From contig NC_083410.1 in the NCBI RefSeq assembly GCF_020745735.1, positions 4,314,117-4,378,116 on the forward strand: a stretch of 64,000 nt of DNA, given 5' to 3'. The position numbers and the translations under genes were made by a program. Position 1 is the first letter of the stretch. Each line of letters begins with the position of its first letter. Under the pieces are notes generated by a model. The model was not told the DNA's origin. It saw nothing but the letters and a program-made list of their open reading frames with translations, and made no database searches. Source of the stretch: Hemiscyllium ocellatum (taxonomy: Eukaryota). Shown here one piece after another: positions 25,081 to 38,490 of this stretch.

Positions 25081-26899
25081 GGTTTAGTCTGATTCATATG
25101 TTCCTCTGACTTTGTTTCTTGGATGAAAGGAATGAATGAAGGTTATAAGAAGGGAAGTAACCAGGGCAGGGATGAGAAAGGGTTTAGATTAAAACAAGGA
25201 CATCAGAGATGAAAGTGGGAGTTTCATTGAGCAGAACAGGAGCTGCAGAAGGTTGTGGGAAATGATGACCAAAGACCTGAGAACTGAGAGTTTGCAATTT
25301 CCTGGATATGTTGCTCACATCTTAATGAGTTACACTGGAGCCCAATTTAAACTTTAATTGAAATGACTTTGTGATACAAATCAACCACAGTTCAGTTTGC
25401 CTTGATTTTAATTTCAGCTCCTATTAATTGTTCTGATCCCAGCTGATGTTGTTCCTGGTCATGTCTGATACAGAGTGAAGACTGTTGTGATTGATTTTAT
25501 TTTGTTGTGCATTATTTACTATGTTGGTCATTCACTGAAATTAAAGCCCGGAATGCTTGGTGCTCTGATTTTTCATCCCAAAGGGACCATGTTGGACCTG
25601 TACTCATCCCATTAACATTTTTGAACACCTCCCACTGTTCCGCGGCAGACTCACCCTCAGCAAGCTGTTCCCAATTTACTTTGGCCAGATCCAGCTTTAT
25701 TTTTTTTAAAAAATCTGCTATAACGCTGTGATCAAGCAACCATGAGCCCAAAATTAGACATTCTGAATTGACCCACTGTCGGAGAAATCAGGCCTGACAG
25801 AAAAGTGGCCAAACTAAATTAACAAGCAGCCAGCAGCTGTCGGCTTCAGAGAACAGCAGAAGCCAAGGTCAAATCAGTCACAAAGTTTAAGAGGAACCCA
25901 TTACAACCAGATCAAGAGCTGTGTATTGGAGGAATATTGATCAGACTCTCAGGCAACTTGACTGACTGAGTGTGTGGAGAAAGTGAGAACTTACTGAATG
26001 TGTGCACATTACACCTCCCAGCACTGCAACAGTGAAGGAGTTGACAAATCCCATTGGATAACTTAAACCCAGCTTATGACCTTGAATGGCCAAAGGCCAC
26101 AAAAATGTTTGGAAGGTCAAGGCCAAGGGGGGGACAAAAGCACACGTCTTGACTCCATCACCTCATGAGGACACAGTGATGATTCAGTGAAAACTCAGTG
26201 AGGATTCAATGATACTTCAGTGAAGACTCAGTGAAGACTTGCAGTGAAGATGCACAGCAACACTCATGGCAGAAGATGATGAGGCAACCCAAGATGACCC
26301 AGGAGAAGATTTGCCTGACCTGTGAAACCAGTTTTGTGGAAGAGAGCCAGCAATACATCAGAGAGAAAGGATATTCCAACAGGCAAGATCAAACACATGG
26401 ATCGTTATGGGTAATATCCTTTCTCAGATGGAGAGCTAAGTAAATGTTGGGAAATGGTTACATAGTGTTTTTAATAAGAAGCATTGTGTGAATGAAATTG
26501 TGTTGAACCACAAACTGATTTCTGTATCCCCCTTATCCACTTCACCACCAAGAACATTTGGGTAAAGTGTTCTCAAAATAGAAATAGGCCAAAGCATGGA
26601 CAACACCTCAATCCAGAACCCATTTTTGCGGACAACACTTTACCCAAATGCTCTTGTTGGTGAAGCGGACAAGAGGGACAGAAAACAGTTTGTGATTTCA
26701 GAACAAACTGAAACCATTTGGTGTTGTGGTTCCTGGCATGACAATGCTCCCCCACTGTCACCTCAAACAGCTGTCCACCTCCGCTCCACCAGATTAGGTC
26801 CTGCACTGCATCCTCCCAGGTTGGACCTTTGACACATCAATATAAAAAGCTTTCCTGTATACATTTTAAGAAATATGTTTCTCTAAAACCTTTATACTA

Positions 26900-27420
26900 T
26901 TGTTATCCTAATTACTGTTGCAGCAGTTGAAATTCCCTGATATAATTATCAATTTATTACACTCCTCAGTGAATTGAGGACATGTCGGCTCTTCTGTTGT
27001 CCACTGATTGTTGGGCATTGACAGTCCCAGTGTGTGACTGTTCTTCTACCCACAAATCCTCATTTGAAAACCATTCTAAGATATTGTCCCTCCTTACTGC
27101 AGTATTGGACTCCTTAACACAATATAACATAACGCCACCTCCTCTTTGGCACCTTCCCCTTTCATGCCCAAAGATCCTGTGCCCCAGAATATTGAGTTGC
27201 CAGTCCTGCCCCTCCCTCAACCATGTCCCTGTGTTTACAATACCATGTATCAATCCATGCCTTGAACCCATCTTTCTGACCCACCTTACTTTGAGCATAA
27301 ACATACAGGCCATCCAGCCTGTCTTCCTCCCTTAAAATACAACATAGCTGAACTCGATCTGCCTTTATTCCTTCACTAAAGTAGGCTATGTCCCTACATA
27401 CTTTATCCCCTCCCTCTGGG
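26900..27420 (-). mobile_element. CR1 ORF2 endonuclease fragment
   Basis: Minus ORF 26966-27313: TGTWLREGQDWQLNILGHRIF...RGGGVML. Confidence 0.7.
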
Positions 27421-28339
27421 GAACTACTTTAAATTCCTCCCAAAGCACAAGCAAACCCACCCACACAGGGGTGATGGTCCCATTCTGGGGTCACATGAAT
27501 GGTTTCCTTATGATTCAATGCTTCTACCAAATTGTTACACAGTGTAAACAGACTGATCAAAGGATTGTCTTCTCAGACACAAGTATTTCTGATGCAGTGA
27601 ATAAACCCACTTCCTCCGCCCTGGCCTACTGAACCATAGAACAGGAGGCTATCAGCAGAAGTAATGTCCTTCTGAGAGAGGTTTTCATTACAAGGTGGTT
27701 TGGAATACAACAATAAAAAAGCCCTTTCCAACTGAGCACTGTGCGTGTATGAGCTCATTGAATTATATCAAAGATGAGATCCAGACAAAAGCCATTCAGC
27801 CCAATCAGTCGATGCTGGTATTTGTGCTGTTTTTCACCATGTGACCATCCTTCTGCAGATAAGCATCAGCAGCATAACTGCAAATGTGTTGCTGGTCAAA
27901 GCACAGCAGGTTAGGCAGCATCTCAGGAATAGAGAATTCGACGTTTCGAGCATAAGCCCTACTATCAGCAGCATAACTGTCCACTCTTCCCCTTTATTTG
28001 CCTTCCTAATTTCCCCTCAAGTGAACCTGTGCTATTCACTTCAACCACTCCCTGGGATAATGAGTTCTACTTTCCACTCCCTGGGATAATAAGTTACAGA
28101 TTCTCAAATCTCTCTTTGGAAAGAGGTTTCTTCACAATTCCCAATTGGATTTGTGACAAAGTTTTCACCTCCCACATCACCCTAACCCACTGTGTATTCA
28201 TGTGTTATCAACAATTGCCTTGCAATAACAGCAACAGAAACGACAAATTGCGAAGGAAGAAAGGGAATGGGGGAGCAAAAGGCAGAAGAAGAACAGGAAG
28301 GCAGTGCAGATGTCTCCTGCAGTCATCTCTCTCCAAAAC

Positions 28340-31300
28340 TGGTGTACCAGTTTGGATACTGGTGGGGAGATGGCTCACCAGGGCAACGCAACAGTCACCA
28401 GGTTCATGACACCGTGGCTGGCTCTGCTGTTCAGAAGGGAGGGAAAAACAGTGGAACAGCTATAGTCATAAAGGATTCAATTGTAAGGGGAGTAGATAGG
28501 CAGCTCTGTAGTCAAAAACGAGATTCCTGAATGATATGTTGTCTCCCTGGTGCACGGGTCACGGATGTCTCGAATCAGCTACAGATCATTCTCAAGAGGG
28601 AGGGTGAACAGCCAATTGCTGTGGTGCATATAGGCACAATATAGGTTAAAAAAAATAGGATGAGGTCCTACAAGCAAAATTTAGCGAGTTTGGAAACAAG
28701 TTAAAAAAGTAGGACCTCAGAAGTAGTAATCTCAGGATTGCTACCAGTGCTGGGTGCTAGTCACAGTAGGAATGATAGAATAAGCAGGATGAATGTGTAG
28801 CTTGAGAGATGGAGGAAGGGGTTCAAAGTTTTGAGACATTGAGATCAGTTCTGGGGGAGGTGGATCTATTACAAATTGAATGGTCTCCATCTGGGCTGGA
28901 GTGGAACCAATGTCTTTGGTGGCACTTTTGCTAACGCTATTGGAGGGCATTTCAATTGATGTGGCAGAAGGATGGGAACCAAATGAGGTTCGAGTATAGT
29001 AAGGAAGGAGTCGGCAGGGAGCAGATGATGAATGCAAAGGAACTGGTGGTCTCAGGTGCATTTGTTTTAATGCAAGAAGGGTAGCACGTAAGGCAGATGA
29101 ACTTGGGCATGGATTAGTACTTGGACATATGATCTTATTGCTATTGCTGAGACTTGGTTGAGGGAAGGGCATGTTCAGCAATGCAATATCCCAGGATATC
29201 CATGCTTCAGGTGGGATAGAGAGGGAGGTTAAAGAGTTGGAAGCGTTGCATTACAGGTCAAAGAAAATATCAAAGATGTGCTGAAGGAGAGCACTATGGA
29301 AGACTCGAGTAGTGAGGCATTATGGGCAGAGCTCAGAAATAAGAAGAATGCAGTTACAATGTTGGGGCTGTACTGCAGACCGCCCAACATCGAACATGAC
29401 ATAGAGGTACAAACATGGAAATAGACCATGCAAAGATGTGGGAGCAACAGGGTGGTAGTGATAGGACATTTTTAATTTTCCCTACATTGTCCGGGATTCA
29501 CTTAGTATTAGTATCCACTTAGATGGAGCAGAATTTGTAAGGAGCATTCAGGAGGGTTTTCTAGAGCAGTATGTGAATAACCCAACTCGAGAATGGGCCA
29601 TACTGAACCTGGTGTTGGGAAATGAGCCCGGCCAGATGGTTGAAGTTTCAGTAGCGGATTGCTTCAGGAATAGTGATCACAATTCAATAAGTTTTAGAAT
29701 ACTCATAGACAAAGACGAGAGTGATCCGAAAGGAAGAGTGGTAAATTGAGGGAAGGCCAACTATAGCAAAGTTCGGAGGAGCTGGGGAATGTAGATTGTG
29801 AGCAGCTGTTTGAAGGCAAGTCCACATTCGTTATGTGGGAGGGTTTTAAAGAGAGGTTGATTCGAGTTCAGGAGAAGTATATTCTTGTGAAAGTGAGGGA
29901 TCGAAATGGCAAGATTGGGGAAACATGAATGACAGGTGAAATTGTGAGACTAGCTAAGAGGAAAAATGATGTGTACATAAGGTGTAGGCTACTGAAGACA
30001 GTCAAAGCTTTGGAAGAATATCAGGAATGTAGGGCCAATCTGAAATGAAGAATCAAAAGGACTAAAAGGGGTCATGAGATATCTTGAGCAAACAGGGTTA
30101 AGGAAAATCCTGAAGCCTTTTTTTCAAAGATAAGAAGCAGAAGGATAATATTAAAAAGGGTTGGGCCACTCAAGGACAACGGAGGAAAATTATGCATGGA
30201 GTCAGAAAAACTGGATGAGATTCTTAATGAGTAATTTGCATTGGTATTTACTGAGGAGAGGGACATGACAGATTTTGAGGTTAGGGATAGATCTTTGAGT
30301 ACTCTAGGTCAAGTCGGCAAAAGGAGGCAGGAAGCTTTGGGTATTCTAAAAGGCATTAAGGTAGACAAGGTCCAGATGGGATTAATCCCGGTTTACTGAG
30401 TGATGCAAGAGAGGAAATAGCTGGGGCTTTAACAGATATCTTTGCAGCATTCTTGAACACAGGTGAGGTCCCTGAGGACTGGAGAATTGCTAATGTTGTC
30501 CCCTTGCTAAAGAAGGGTAGCGGGGATATTCCAGGTAATTATAGACCAGTGATCCTGATGTCAGTGGTAGGGAAGCTGCTGAGGAAGACATTGAGGGGTA
30601 GGATCTATTTCCATTTGAAAGAAACTGGGCTTATCAGTAATGGGCAGCATGGTTTTGTGCAGGGAAGGTCCTGTCTTACAAACCTAATAGAATTATTTGA
30701 GGAGGTGACAAAGTTAATTGATGGAGGAAGGGCTGTAGATGTCATAAACATGGACTTTAGAAAGGCACTTGATAAGGTTCCCCATGGTAGGCTGATGAAG
30801 AAGGTGAAGTCGCATGGGGTCCAGGGTGTTCCAGCTCAATGAATAGAGAACAGGCAGGGCAACAGGAGACAGAGAGTGGTAATGGAAGGGAGTTTCTCAA
30901 AATGGAGACCTGTGACCAGTGATGTTCCACAGGAATCTGTGCTGGGACCAGCATTGTTTGTGATGTATATAAATGCATTGGAGGAAGTTATCGTTTGCCT
31001 GAATAGTTTGCAGATTACACCAAGATTGGTAGAGTAGCAGATAATGAAAGGGACTGTCAGAGAATACAGCAGAATATAGATAGATTGGAGAGATGGGCAG
31101 AGTAATGGCAGATGGAATTCAATCCAGACAAATGCAAGGTGATGCATTTCGAAAGATCCAATTCAAGAGCAAACTACACAGTAAATGGAAAAGTGTTGGG
31201 GAAAATTGGAATACAGAGAGATCTGGGTGTTCAGGTCCATTGTTCCCTGAAGGTGGAAATGCAGGTCAGTAAAGTGGTCAAGAAGGCATATGGCATGCTT

Positions 31301-31931
31301 TCCTTCATTGACAGGGTATTGAGTACAAGAGTTGGCAGGTAATGTTACAGTTGTATAGGGCTTTGGTTCTGCCACATTTGGAATACTGCATGAAGCTCTG
31401 GTTGCCACGTTACCAAAAGGATGTGGATGCTTTGGAGAGGGTGCAAAGGAGCTTCACTAGGTTGTTGACTGGTATAGAGAGTGCTAGCTATGAAGAGAGG
31501 TTGAATAGATTAGGATTATTTTAATTAGCAAGATGGATTTTGAGGCGGGGGGGGCCTGATTGAGGTCTCCAAAATCATGAGAGGTAAAGACAGGGTGGAT
31601 AGCAAGAACCTTTTTCCCAAAGTACGGAACCCAATTACTACGGGTCGTGAGTTCAAAGTGAGAGGGGAAAGGTTTAAGGGAGATGTGCATGGAAAGTTCT
31701 TTACATGGAGGGTGGTGGGAGCCTGGAACGTGTTGCCAACGGAGGTGGTAGAGGCAGGAACGATAGCGTTATTTAAGATAAATCTGGACAAGTACATGAA
31801 TGGGCACAGAGCAAAGGGATACAGATCTTTCAAAAATAAGCAGCAGCTTTAGATAGAGGATCTGGATCTGCACAGGCTTAGATGGCCGAAGGGCCAGTTC
31901 CTGTGCTGTAATTTTCTTTGTTCTTTGTTCG
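28340..31931 (+). mobile_element. Near-full-length decayed CR1 LINE (ORF1 esterase-like region, APE, RT, 3' tail)
   Basis: AIVIKDSIVRGVDRQLC..CCLPGARV..VVHIGT (ORF1), EVPEDWRIANVVPLLKKG..NYRPV (RT) and tail gtgctgtaattttctttgttctttgttc. Confidence 0.9.
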
Positions 31932-32819
31932 CTGTTCATTGAAGCCACTTGTTTGAGAGGAGCTGCTGCCCTTGAGACATGTAACCAATGTCAGGTTCAG
32001 GGGGCTATGGCATGCTGGCAGTGTCCCTAACTGTAGACCACAAGGTCAGGGATCAAATCCCACTCTGTGGTACAGCACACCCCCACAAGAAATAATTTCA
32101 TGTAGAACATAAAGAACAGTACAGCACAGGAACAGGCCATTGAGCCCACCGTGTCTGTACTGGTCATGATGCCATTCTAAACATTTTCATCTGCCTGAAC
32201 ATGCTCCATATCTCTCTATTCCCTGCCTGTGTATATGTCTGTCTAAATGCCTCTCAAATGTTGTTATTGTATCTATTTCAACCATTTCCTCTGGTAGCTT
32301 GTTCCAGACATCTACCATCCTCTGTGTAAAAACTTTGCCTCACACATCTCCTTTAGCATTCCCCCTCTCACCTTTAACCTATAACCCTCAGATTTCACAT
32401 GTCCAACCTAGGAATGAGATTTCAACAATCCATTCTATCCCTGCCTCTCATAATTTTATAAACATCTGTCAGGTCGTCTCTCAACCTGTGACACTTCAGT
32501 GAGAACAATCCAAGTTTGTCCAGTGTTTCCTTATAGGCTAATTATTTCCAATCCAGTCAACACCGAAGATTTTCATGCAGTTTGCAAACTTTTCCAAATA
32601 CATCAGTGATGCTGTTTCCCCTCGATGCACTTTGGTTGAGAGATGCTTGACAACCTCTAATAAAGTAGTCAGACACGATTTCCCTTTCATGAAGCCTTGC
32701 TGAGTCTGCTTGATAAGATTACAATTTTCAAATGTTCTGCTATTACTTCCTTCGTAACTAATTCCAACAGATTTCCAACAATAAATGCTCAGCTAACTGC
32801 ACTTTAGGTATGTGCATTT

Positions 32820-33630
32820 TCCTCCCTCCCTTTGGGCTGAGAAATGGCAGATGGAGTTCAACCTGGATAAATGTGAAATGATGCATTTAGGAAGGTTGAA
32901 CTTGAATGCTAAATATAGGATTAGAGGCAAGATTCTTGGAGGAACAGAGGGATCTGGGTGTGCAAGTACATGGATCCCTCAAAGTTGCCACCCAAATGGA
33001 TAGGCTTGTTAAGAAAGCATATAATGTTTTGGCTATCATTAACAGGGGGATCAAGTTTAAGAGCTGCAAGATTTTGCTGCAGCTCTACAAGTCCCTGGTA
33101 AGACCACACTTGGAATATTTGTCCAGTTCTGGTCACCCTACTATAGGAAAGATACAGAGGCTTTGGAGAGGGTGCAAAGAAGATTTACCAAGATGTTGCC
33201 TGGACTGAAGGGCTTGCCTTATGAAGAAAGGTTAAATAAGCTCGGACTTTTCTCTCTGGAGAGAAGGAGGAAGAGAGGAGATCTGATCGAGGTGTACAAA
33301 ATAATGAGTGGAATAGATAGAGTCAATAGCCAGAGACTTATCCCCAGGGCAGGATTGACTGGTACAAGGAGTCATAGTTTGAAGATATTAGGAGGAAGAT
33401 ATAAAGGAGATGTCAGAGGTATATTATGTACGCGGAGCGTTGTGAATGCATGAAATGCGTTGCCAGCGGTGGTGATGGAAGCAGAGCGACTGCTGGACAT
33501 GCACATGGATAGCAGTGCGTTGAGGGGTGCATAGGTTAAGTTACTATATTTTACATTAGGATTAAATCTCGGCACAACATCATGGGCCAAAGGGCCTGTT
33601 CTGTGTTGTACTTTTCTATGTTCTATGTTC
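32820..33630 (+). mobile_element. CR1 LINE 3' fragment
   Basis: EQRDLGVQVHGSLKVA, ERVQRRFTKMLPGL and the tail ttctatgttctatgttc. Confidence 0.85.
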
Positions 33631-34215
33631 TTTTCTATGAGTATGGCTGGCATATTGGCAGCTTTCAAATCCTCTTGTACTTCTCCAGAATGAAAGGAAT
33701 TTTGGGAAATTCAAACGAATACATCTGCTATTTCTGTGGCTCCCTCTTTTAGAATCTTTGGGTGCAAGTCATCAGGGCCAGGGGACTGATCTGCCTGTCG
33801 CCCCAATAGTTTGTCTGACATGACTGCTTCAGTGACAGTGATGGACTTAATCTCTGCCCAATATCCTTTAGTTTTAATGGAATGTTTGAAGTATCTTCCA
33901 CAGCCATTCACAAGGTTGCAGTAAATGTGTGAATTCTCATGGTTTAAGTGAATGAGCATGAGGAACTTGCACTGAATAAATAATTAGTACCACTGTTGAA
34001 ATAAAACTCACTGAGTCATGAGAAAATTTAGCCAGTCATATCGTCCCTCAGAAGAGAGCAGCTGTTGGCTTACTGTCACTGCTTCTCCTTTACTGACACT
34101 TTAACTTCTTTAACCCCTGAGAAATGAGAGATTAAAGAATCTGGGAAACTTTGTCTTTTGATGTCTTAACTGGATGTGTCATAAACTGGATAAACAAAGT
34201 TGTCACTCTGTTGAG

Positions 34216-34267
34216 ATGATCAGTGGAACTCTATTTGCTGTGACCCTGTCCCTCTGTGTTACTTTGG
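34216..34267 (+). CDS. Gene 2 leader (signal peptide) exon MISGTLFAVTLSLCVTL-G
   Basis: ATG, 17 hydrophobic codons and a phase-1 donor G|GTAAGT at 34268. Splices in frame to V4, giving ...VTLGANA/PVLLQ. An in-frame upstream ATG at 34174 is also possible. Confidence 0.8.
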
Positions 34268-35254
34268 GTAAGTGTTTGCTTTGGAGAAGTTTAACTTGTT
34301 GTAAAATAACTTTCCATGGTGCTGCTGTAACATTTGTGTGAATTCTATAAGTTTGAACATTGAAAACTGGAGGGGAGTGTCACAAGGAGAATTTATCACT
34401 GTCTGGAGGTTGTTTGGTGCAGCTGACACAGAGCTCCACAGGCTGGGAACACAGACCAGAAAATGGAGAGTTCCTCCCATCTTTTTCTGTCATTCATTGA
34501 CCATGAGGATGGAACTGAGGGACAGGGTTGCACATTACAGTGTGTATTTTGGGTAGGTTGGATTAGTCTGTGTGTTAACTGGTTCTTGCTGGGGTGGTTT
34601 TGAAAGACTGGTGAACTTACAGCTTTGTGATTCAGAGTGAGTTTCATCAATGGACTCATGCTGACACTCACATCAGTTCTCTATAATCAATAATATTTAA
34701 TTAGTTCCCTTAAAACATCTCCAGGAGTTCACAAACTGTGAACCAGTTTGAAGTTCAGTATCTGTGACAGCACCGAATCCTGGGTCTGCTCCAAAGTGGG
34801 AACATTTCTGAAGGTGAATGTGCTGAATGCCAGCTCATGTTTTGTGTGATGGTGTTAATTGAAGGAAGGACGTTGATGGTCAGGAGACGGAGAGTATCTC
34901 CTGCTCTTTTTCACATTGTGTTTTATGATTTTTAAATCTTCAAACTGGAATCCTGAGACTCCACGCAACATCTGATGGAAACAAAGACAGAGTGCAATCT
35001 TCTCTCTGTTGCTGCTGTGTGTAGTCCCTCCTGCCAGATGATCTGTTGCCATGGTGCCACACTCATCTGTCTTGGACAATTTGCCTGAGATAGGGGTTGC
35101 CTTTCCTGAACACCAGCTGCAAACTGAGTCCAGGAAACAGAAAAGGGGAAGCAATATTTGCTGCGCAGAGTGGAAACTCACTGTTACCACAGTCACAGGA
35201 ATGTTCTGATGAAGAAGGAAGCCATTGGCCACATTGTTTCAGCATTGGCTCTCG

Positions 35255-36710
35255 CAGAACGTTTACTTGAACCGCAGGAAATGGGTGAGATAATATACAA
35301 ATATTTCACATCAATACTTAACGTGGAGAAGAATATGGAAACTGGAGAACTTGGGTAAACAACTCGTGAAATCTTAAAAAGTGTCTGAACGACAGAAGAG
35401 GAGGTGCTGAAAATCTCAAAATGCAGAATGTTGGATAAATCCTTTGAATCTGATCAGGTATACCCCAGAACTTTGGAGGAAGCAAAGAAAGTAATTGTTG
35501 GGCCCTTTGCTGTGATATTTGCATCATCAAGAGCCATGAGTGAGGTGCTGGAATGTAGTACCAGTGTTTAAGAAAGGTGGTTAGGAAAAGCCAGTGAACT
35601 AACAGAGCTACAAGTTAGCCAGGAAAGATCAAAACAGAGAGCTAAGAAGCACCAGGAAGGGAAGCGAGACGTCATTGGTGGATAGGATCAAGGAAAACCC
35701 TTGAGGCTTTCTATAAGTATGTCAGGAATAAAAGAATGACTGGAGTAAGATCAAGGATAGCAGTGGGAAGTTCCGCATGGAGCCAGAGGAGATAGGAGAA
35801 GAGCTAAATGAATATTTTTCGTCTGTATTCACACTAGAAAAAGACAATGTTGTTGAGGAAAATACTGAGATACAGGCTATTAGTCGCGATGGGATTGAGG
35901 TTCACAAGGAGGAGTTGTTAGCAATTCTGGAAAATGTGAAAATAGATAAGTTCCCTGGGCTGAATGGGATTTATCCTAGGAATCTCTAGGAAGCCAGAGA
36001 GGAGATTGCCAAGTCTTTGGCTTTGATCTTTATGTCGTCATTGTCTACAGGAATAGTGCCTGATGACTGAAGGATAGCAAAAATTCTCCCCTTGTTCAAG
36101 AATGGGAGTAGAGACAACCCTTGTCATTGTAGACATGACAGCCTTTCTGGAATTGTTGGTAAAGGTTATAAAAGATAGGATTTATAATCATCTAGAGAGG
36201 AATAAGTTGATTTGGGATAGTCAACATGATTTTGTGAAGGGTAGGTAGTGCTTACAAACCTTATTGAGTTCTTTGAGAAGGTGACTAATCAGGTGGATGA
36301 GGTTAAAGCCATTGATCTGGTGCACATAGATTTCAGTAAGGCTTTTGTAAGGTACCCACAGTTGGCTATTGCCTAAAATACGGAGGCATGGGATTGAGGG
36401 TGATTTAGTTCAGAAATTGGCTAGCTTAAAGAAGAAAGAGGGTGGTGGTTAATAGGAAATGTTCATTCTGGAGTTCATTTACTAGTGATGTACTGCAAGG
36501 ATCTGTGTTGGGACCACTGCTGTTTGCCATGTTTATGAATGACCTGGAAGAGAGTTTAGAAGGATGGGTTAGTAAATTGGTGTATGACACTTAGGTCAGT
36601 CGAATTGTGGATCGTGTCAAACGCTGTTGTAGGTTAAAAATGGACATAGATTAGCTGCAGAGCTGGGCTGAGAGGTGGCAAATGGAGTTTCATGCAGAAA
36701 AGTGCAAGGT
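35255..36710 (+). mobile_element. CR1 LINE ORF2 fragments in gene 2 intron 1
   Basis: EPEEIGEELNEYFSSVFT, DKFPGLNGIYP, DFSKAF and QGSVLGPLLF-like motifs. Confidence 0.8.
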
Positions 36711-37362
36711 TGGAGGGTTGGAATATAAAAGCACAAGAAGAACTTATGCCCGAAACGTCGAATCTCCTGTTCTTTGGATGCTGCCTGACCTGCTGTGCTT
36801 TTCCAGCAACACATTTTCTGCTCTGATAATCCCCAATTTGACTTTCCTGTCCTTTCCCTGTATCTCTAGATTTACATTCTGTTTAAAAATCTGTCTTTCT
36901 CAACTTCATCAAACTGAATGGTGCAGCCTCAGTACCCCCATGTGGTGGAGTTCCCTTCTCAGTGAGGAAATTCTTTCTCCTCTCTACCTTCAGTATACAT
37001 CCCCTTATTCTGAGATTCTGTCCACTGCTCCCAGACTCTCTAACAGTGGAAATTTTTTTTTTGCCTCTCAAGTCCTCAGGGAATCTTTTATGTTTCAATA
37101 CTGTTGCCTCACATTTTTTCAATATTTCAGTGAGAACAAGCTCAATCAAGATAACCTCTCCTCATAAGACAGTCCCTCCATACCAGCTACCAGCCCAGTG
37201 ATCGTTCTCCAGACAGCCTCCAATACCAGGACATCTTTCCTCAGATAAGGAACAAGAACTGTTCCACATTATTCCAGTTGTGGTCTAACTAGGGGTTTGT
37301 ACAGTTTGGGCAAAACCTTCATAATTTTATTCTCCATTTCCTTTGAAATAAAGGTAAAAACA

Positions 37363-38490
37363 ATGACTGCAGATGCTGGAAACCAGATTCTGGATTAGTG
37401 GTGCTGGAAAAGCACAGCAGTTCAGGAAGCATCGAGGAGCAGGAAAATCAACGTTTCGGGCAAAAGCCCTGTATCAGGAATACAGTCAGAGTGACTGAAG
37501 GGTGGAGAGATAAATGAGAGGAGGGTGGGGGTGGGGAGAAAGTAGCATAAAGTATAATGGGTGGATGGGGATGGGATGAGGGTGATAGGTCAGAGAGGAG
37601 GGTGGAGTGGATAGGTGGAAAAGAAGATAGGCAATAGGACAGGTCATGGGGACAGTGCTGAGCTGGAAGTCTAGAACTGGGCTGAAGTGGGGGAAGGGGA
37701 ATTGAGGAAACTGGTGAAGTCCAGTTTGGGAACAAAGTGGTTAAAGATGCCCTCCAACGCATTCCATCCAAGGCCTAAAGGAGCCTTCCACATCCATCAA
37801 AGTTTAACATGCACAACCAACAATATAATTTATTGTATCCGTTGCTCCCGATGCAGTCTCCTCTACATTGGGGAGACTGGATGCCTCCTAGCACAGCGCT
37901 TTAGGGAACATCTCTGGGACACCCGCACCAATCAACCACACCGCCCTGTGGCCCAACACTTCAACTCCCCCTCCCACTCTGCCGAGGACATGGAGGTCCT
38001 GGGCCTCCTTCACCGTCGCTCCCTCACCACCCGACGCCTGGAGGAAGAACACTTCCTCTTCCACCTCGGAACACTTCAACCCCAGGGCATCAATGTGGAC
38101 TTCACCAGTTTCCTCATTTTCCCTTCCCCCACCTCAGCCCAGTTCCAAACTTCCAGCTCAGCACTGTCCCCATGACCTGTCCTACCTGCCTATTTTCTTT
38201 TCCACCTATCCACTTCACCCTCCTCTCTGACCTATCACCTTCATCCCATCCCCATCCACCTTGTACTCTTTGCTACCTTCCCCCACCCTCCTCCCTGACC
38301 TATCACTTTAATCCCCACCCCCACTCATCTATTGTACTCTATGCTACTTTCTCCCCACCCCCACCCCCACCCTCCTCTCATTTATCTCTCCACCCTTCAG
38401 GCACTCTGCCTGTATTGCCCAAAACGTCGATTTTCTGCTCCTCGGATGCTGCCTGAACTGCTGTGCTTTCCCAGCACCACTAATCCAGAT
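37363..38490. mobile_element. Head-to-head PLE structure: inverted terminus (37363-37720, -) plus GIY-YIG fragment and terminus (37760-38490, +)
   Basis: ORF 37687-38175 contains IIYCIRCSRCSLLYIGETGCLLAQRFREH (GIY-YIG). About 350 bp at each end are reverse-complementary. Confidence 0.85.

Noticed and set aside
25760-26580. Possible solo LTR with cagtgaagact micro-repeats; similar LTR-like stretches at ~11555-11900 and ~59540-59830
   Set aside because: No paired LTR, TSD or PBS could be confirmed by eye, so these are left unannotated.
34259-34480. Minus-strand ORF starting with signal-peptide-like MGGTLHFLVCVPSLWSSVSA (copy at ~23225, +)
   Set aside because: It is antisense to intron 1 of the real leader exon, has no good donor after the hydrophobic stretch, and the paralogous copy stops early.
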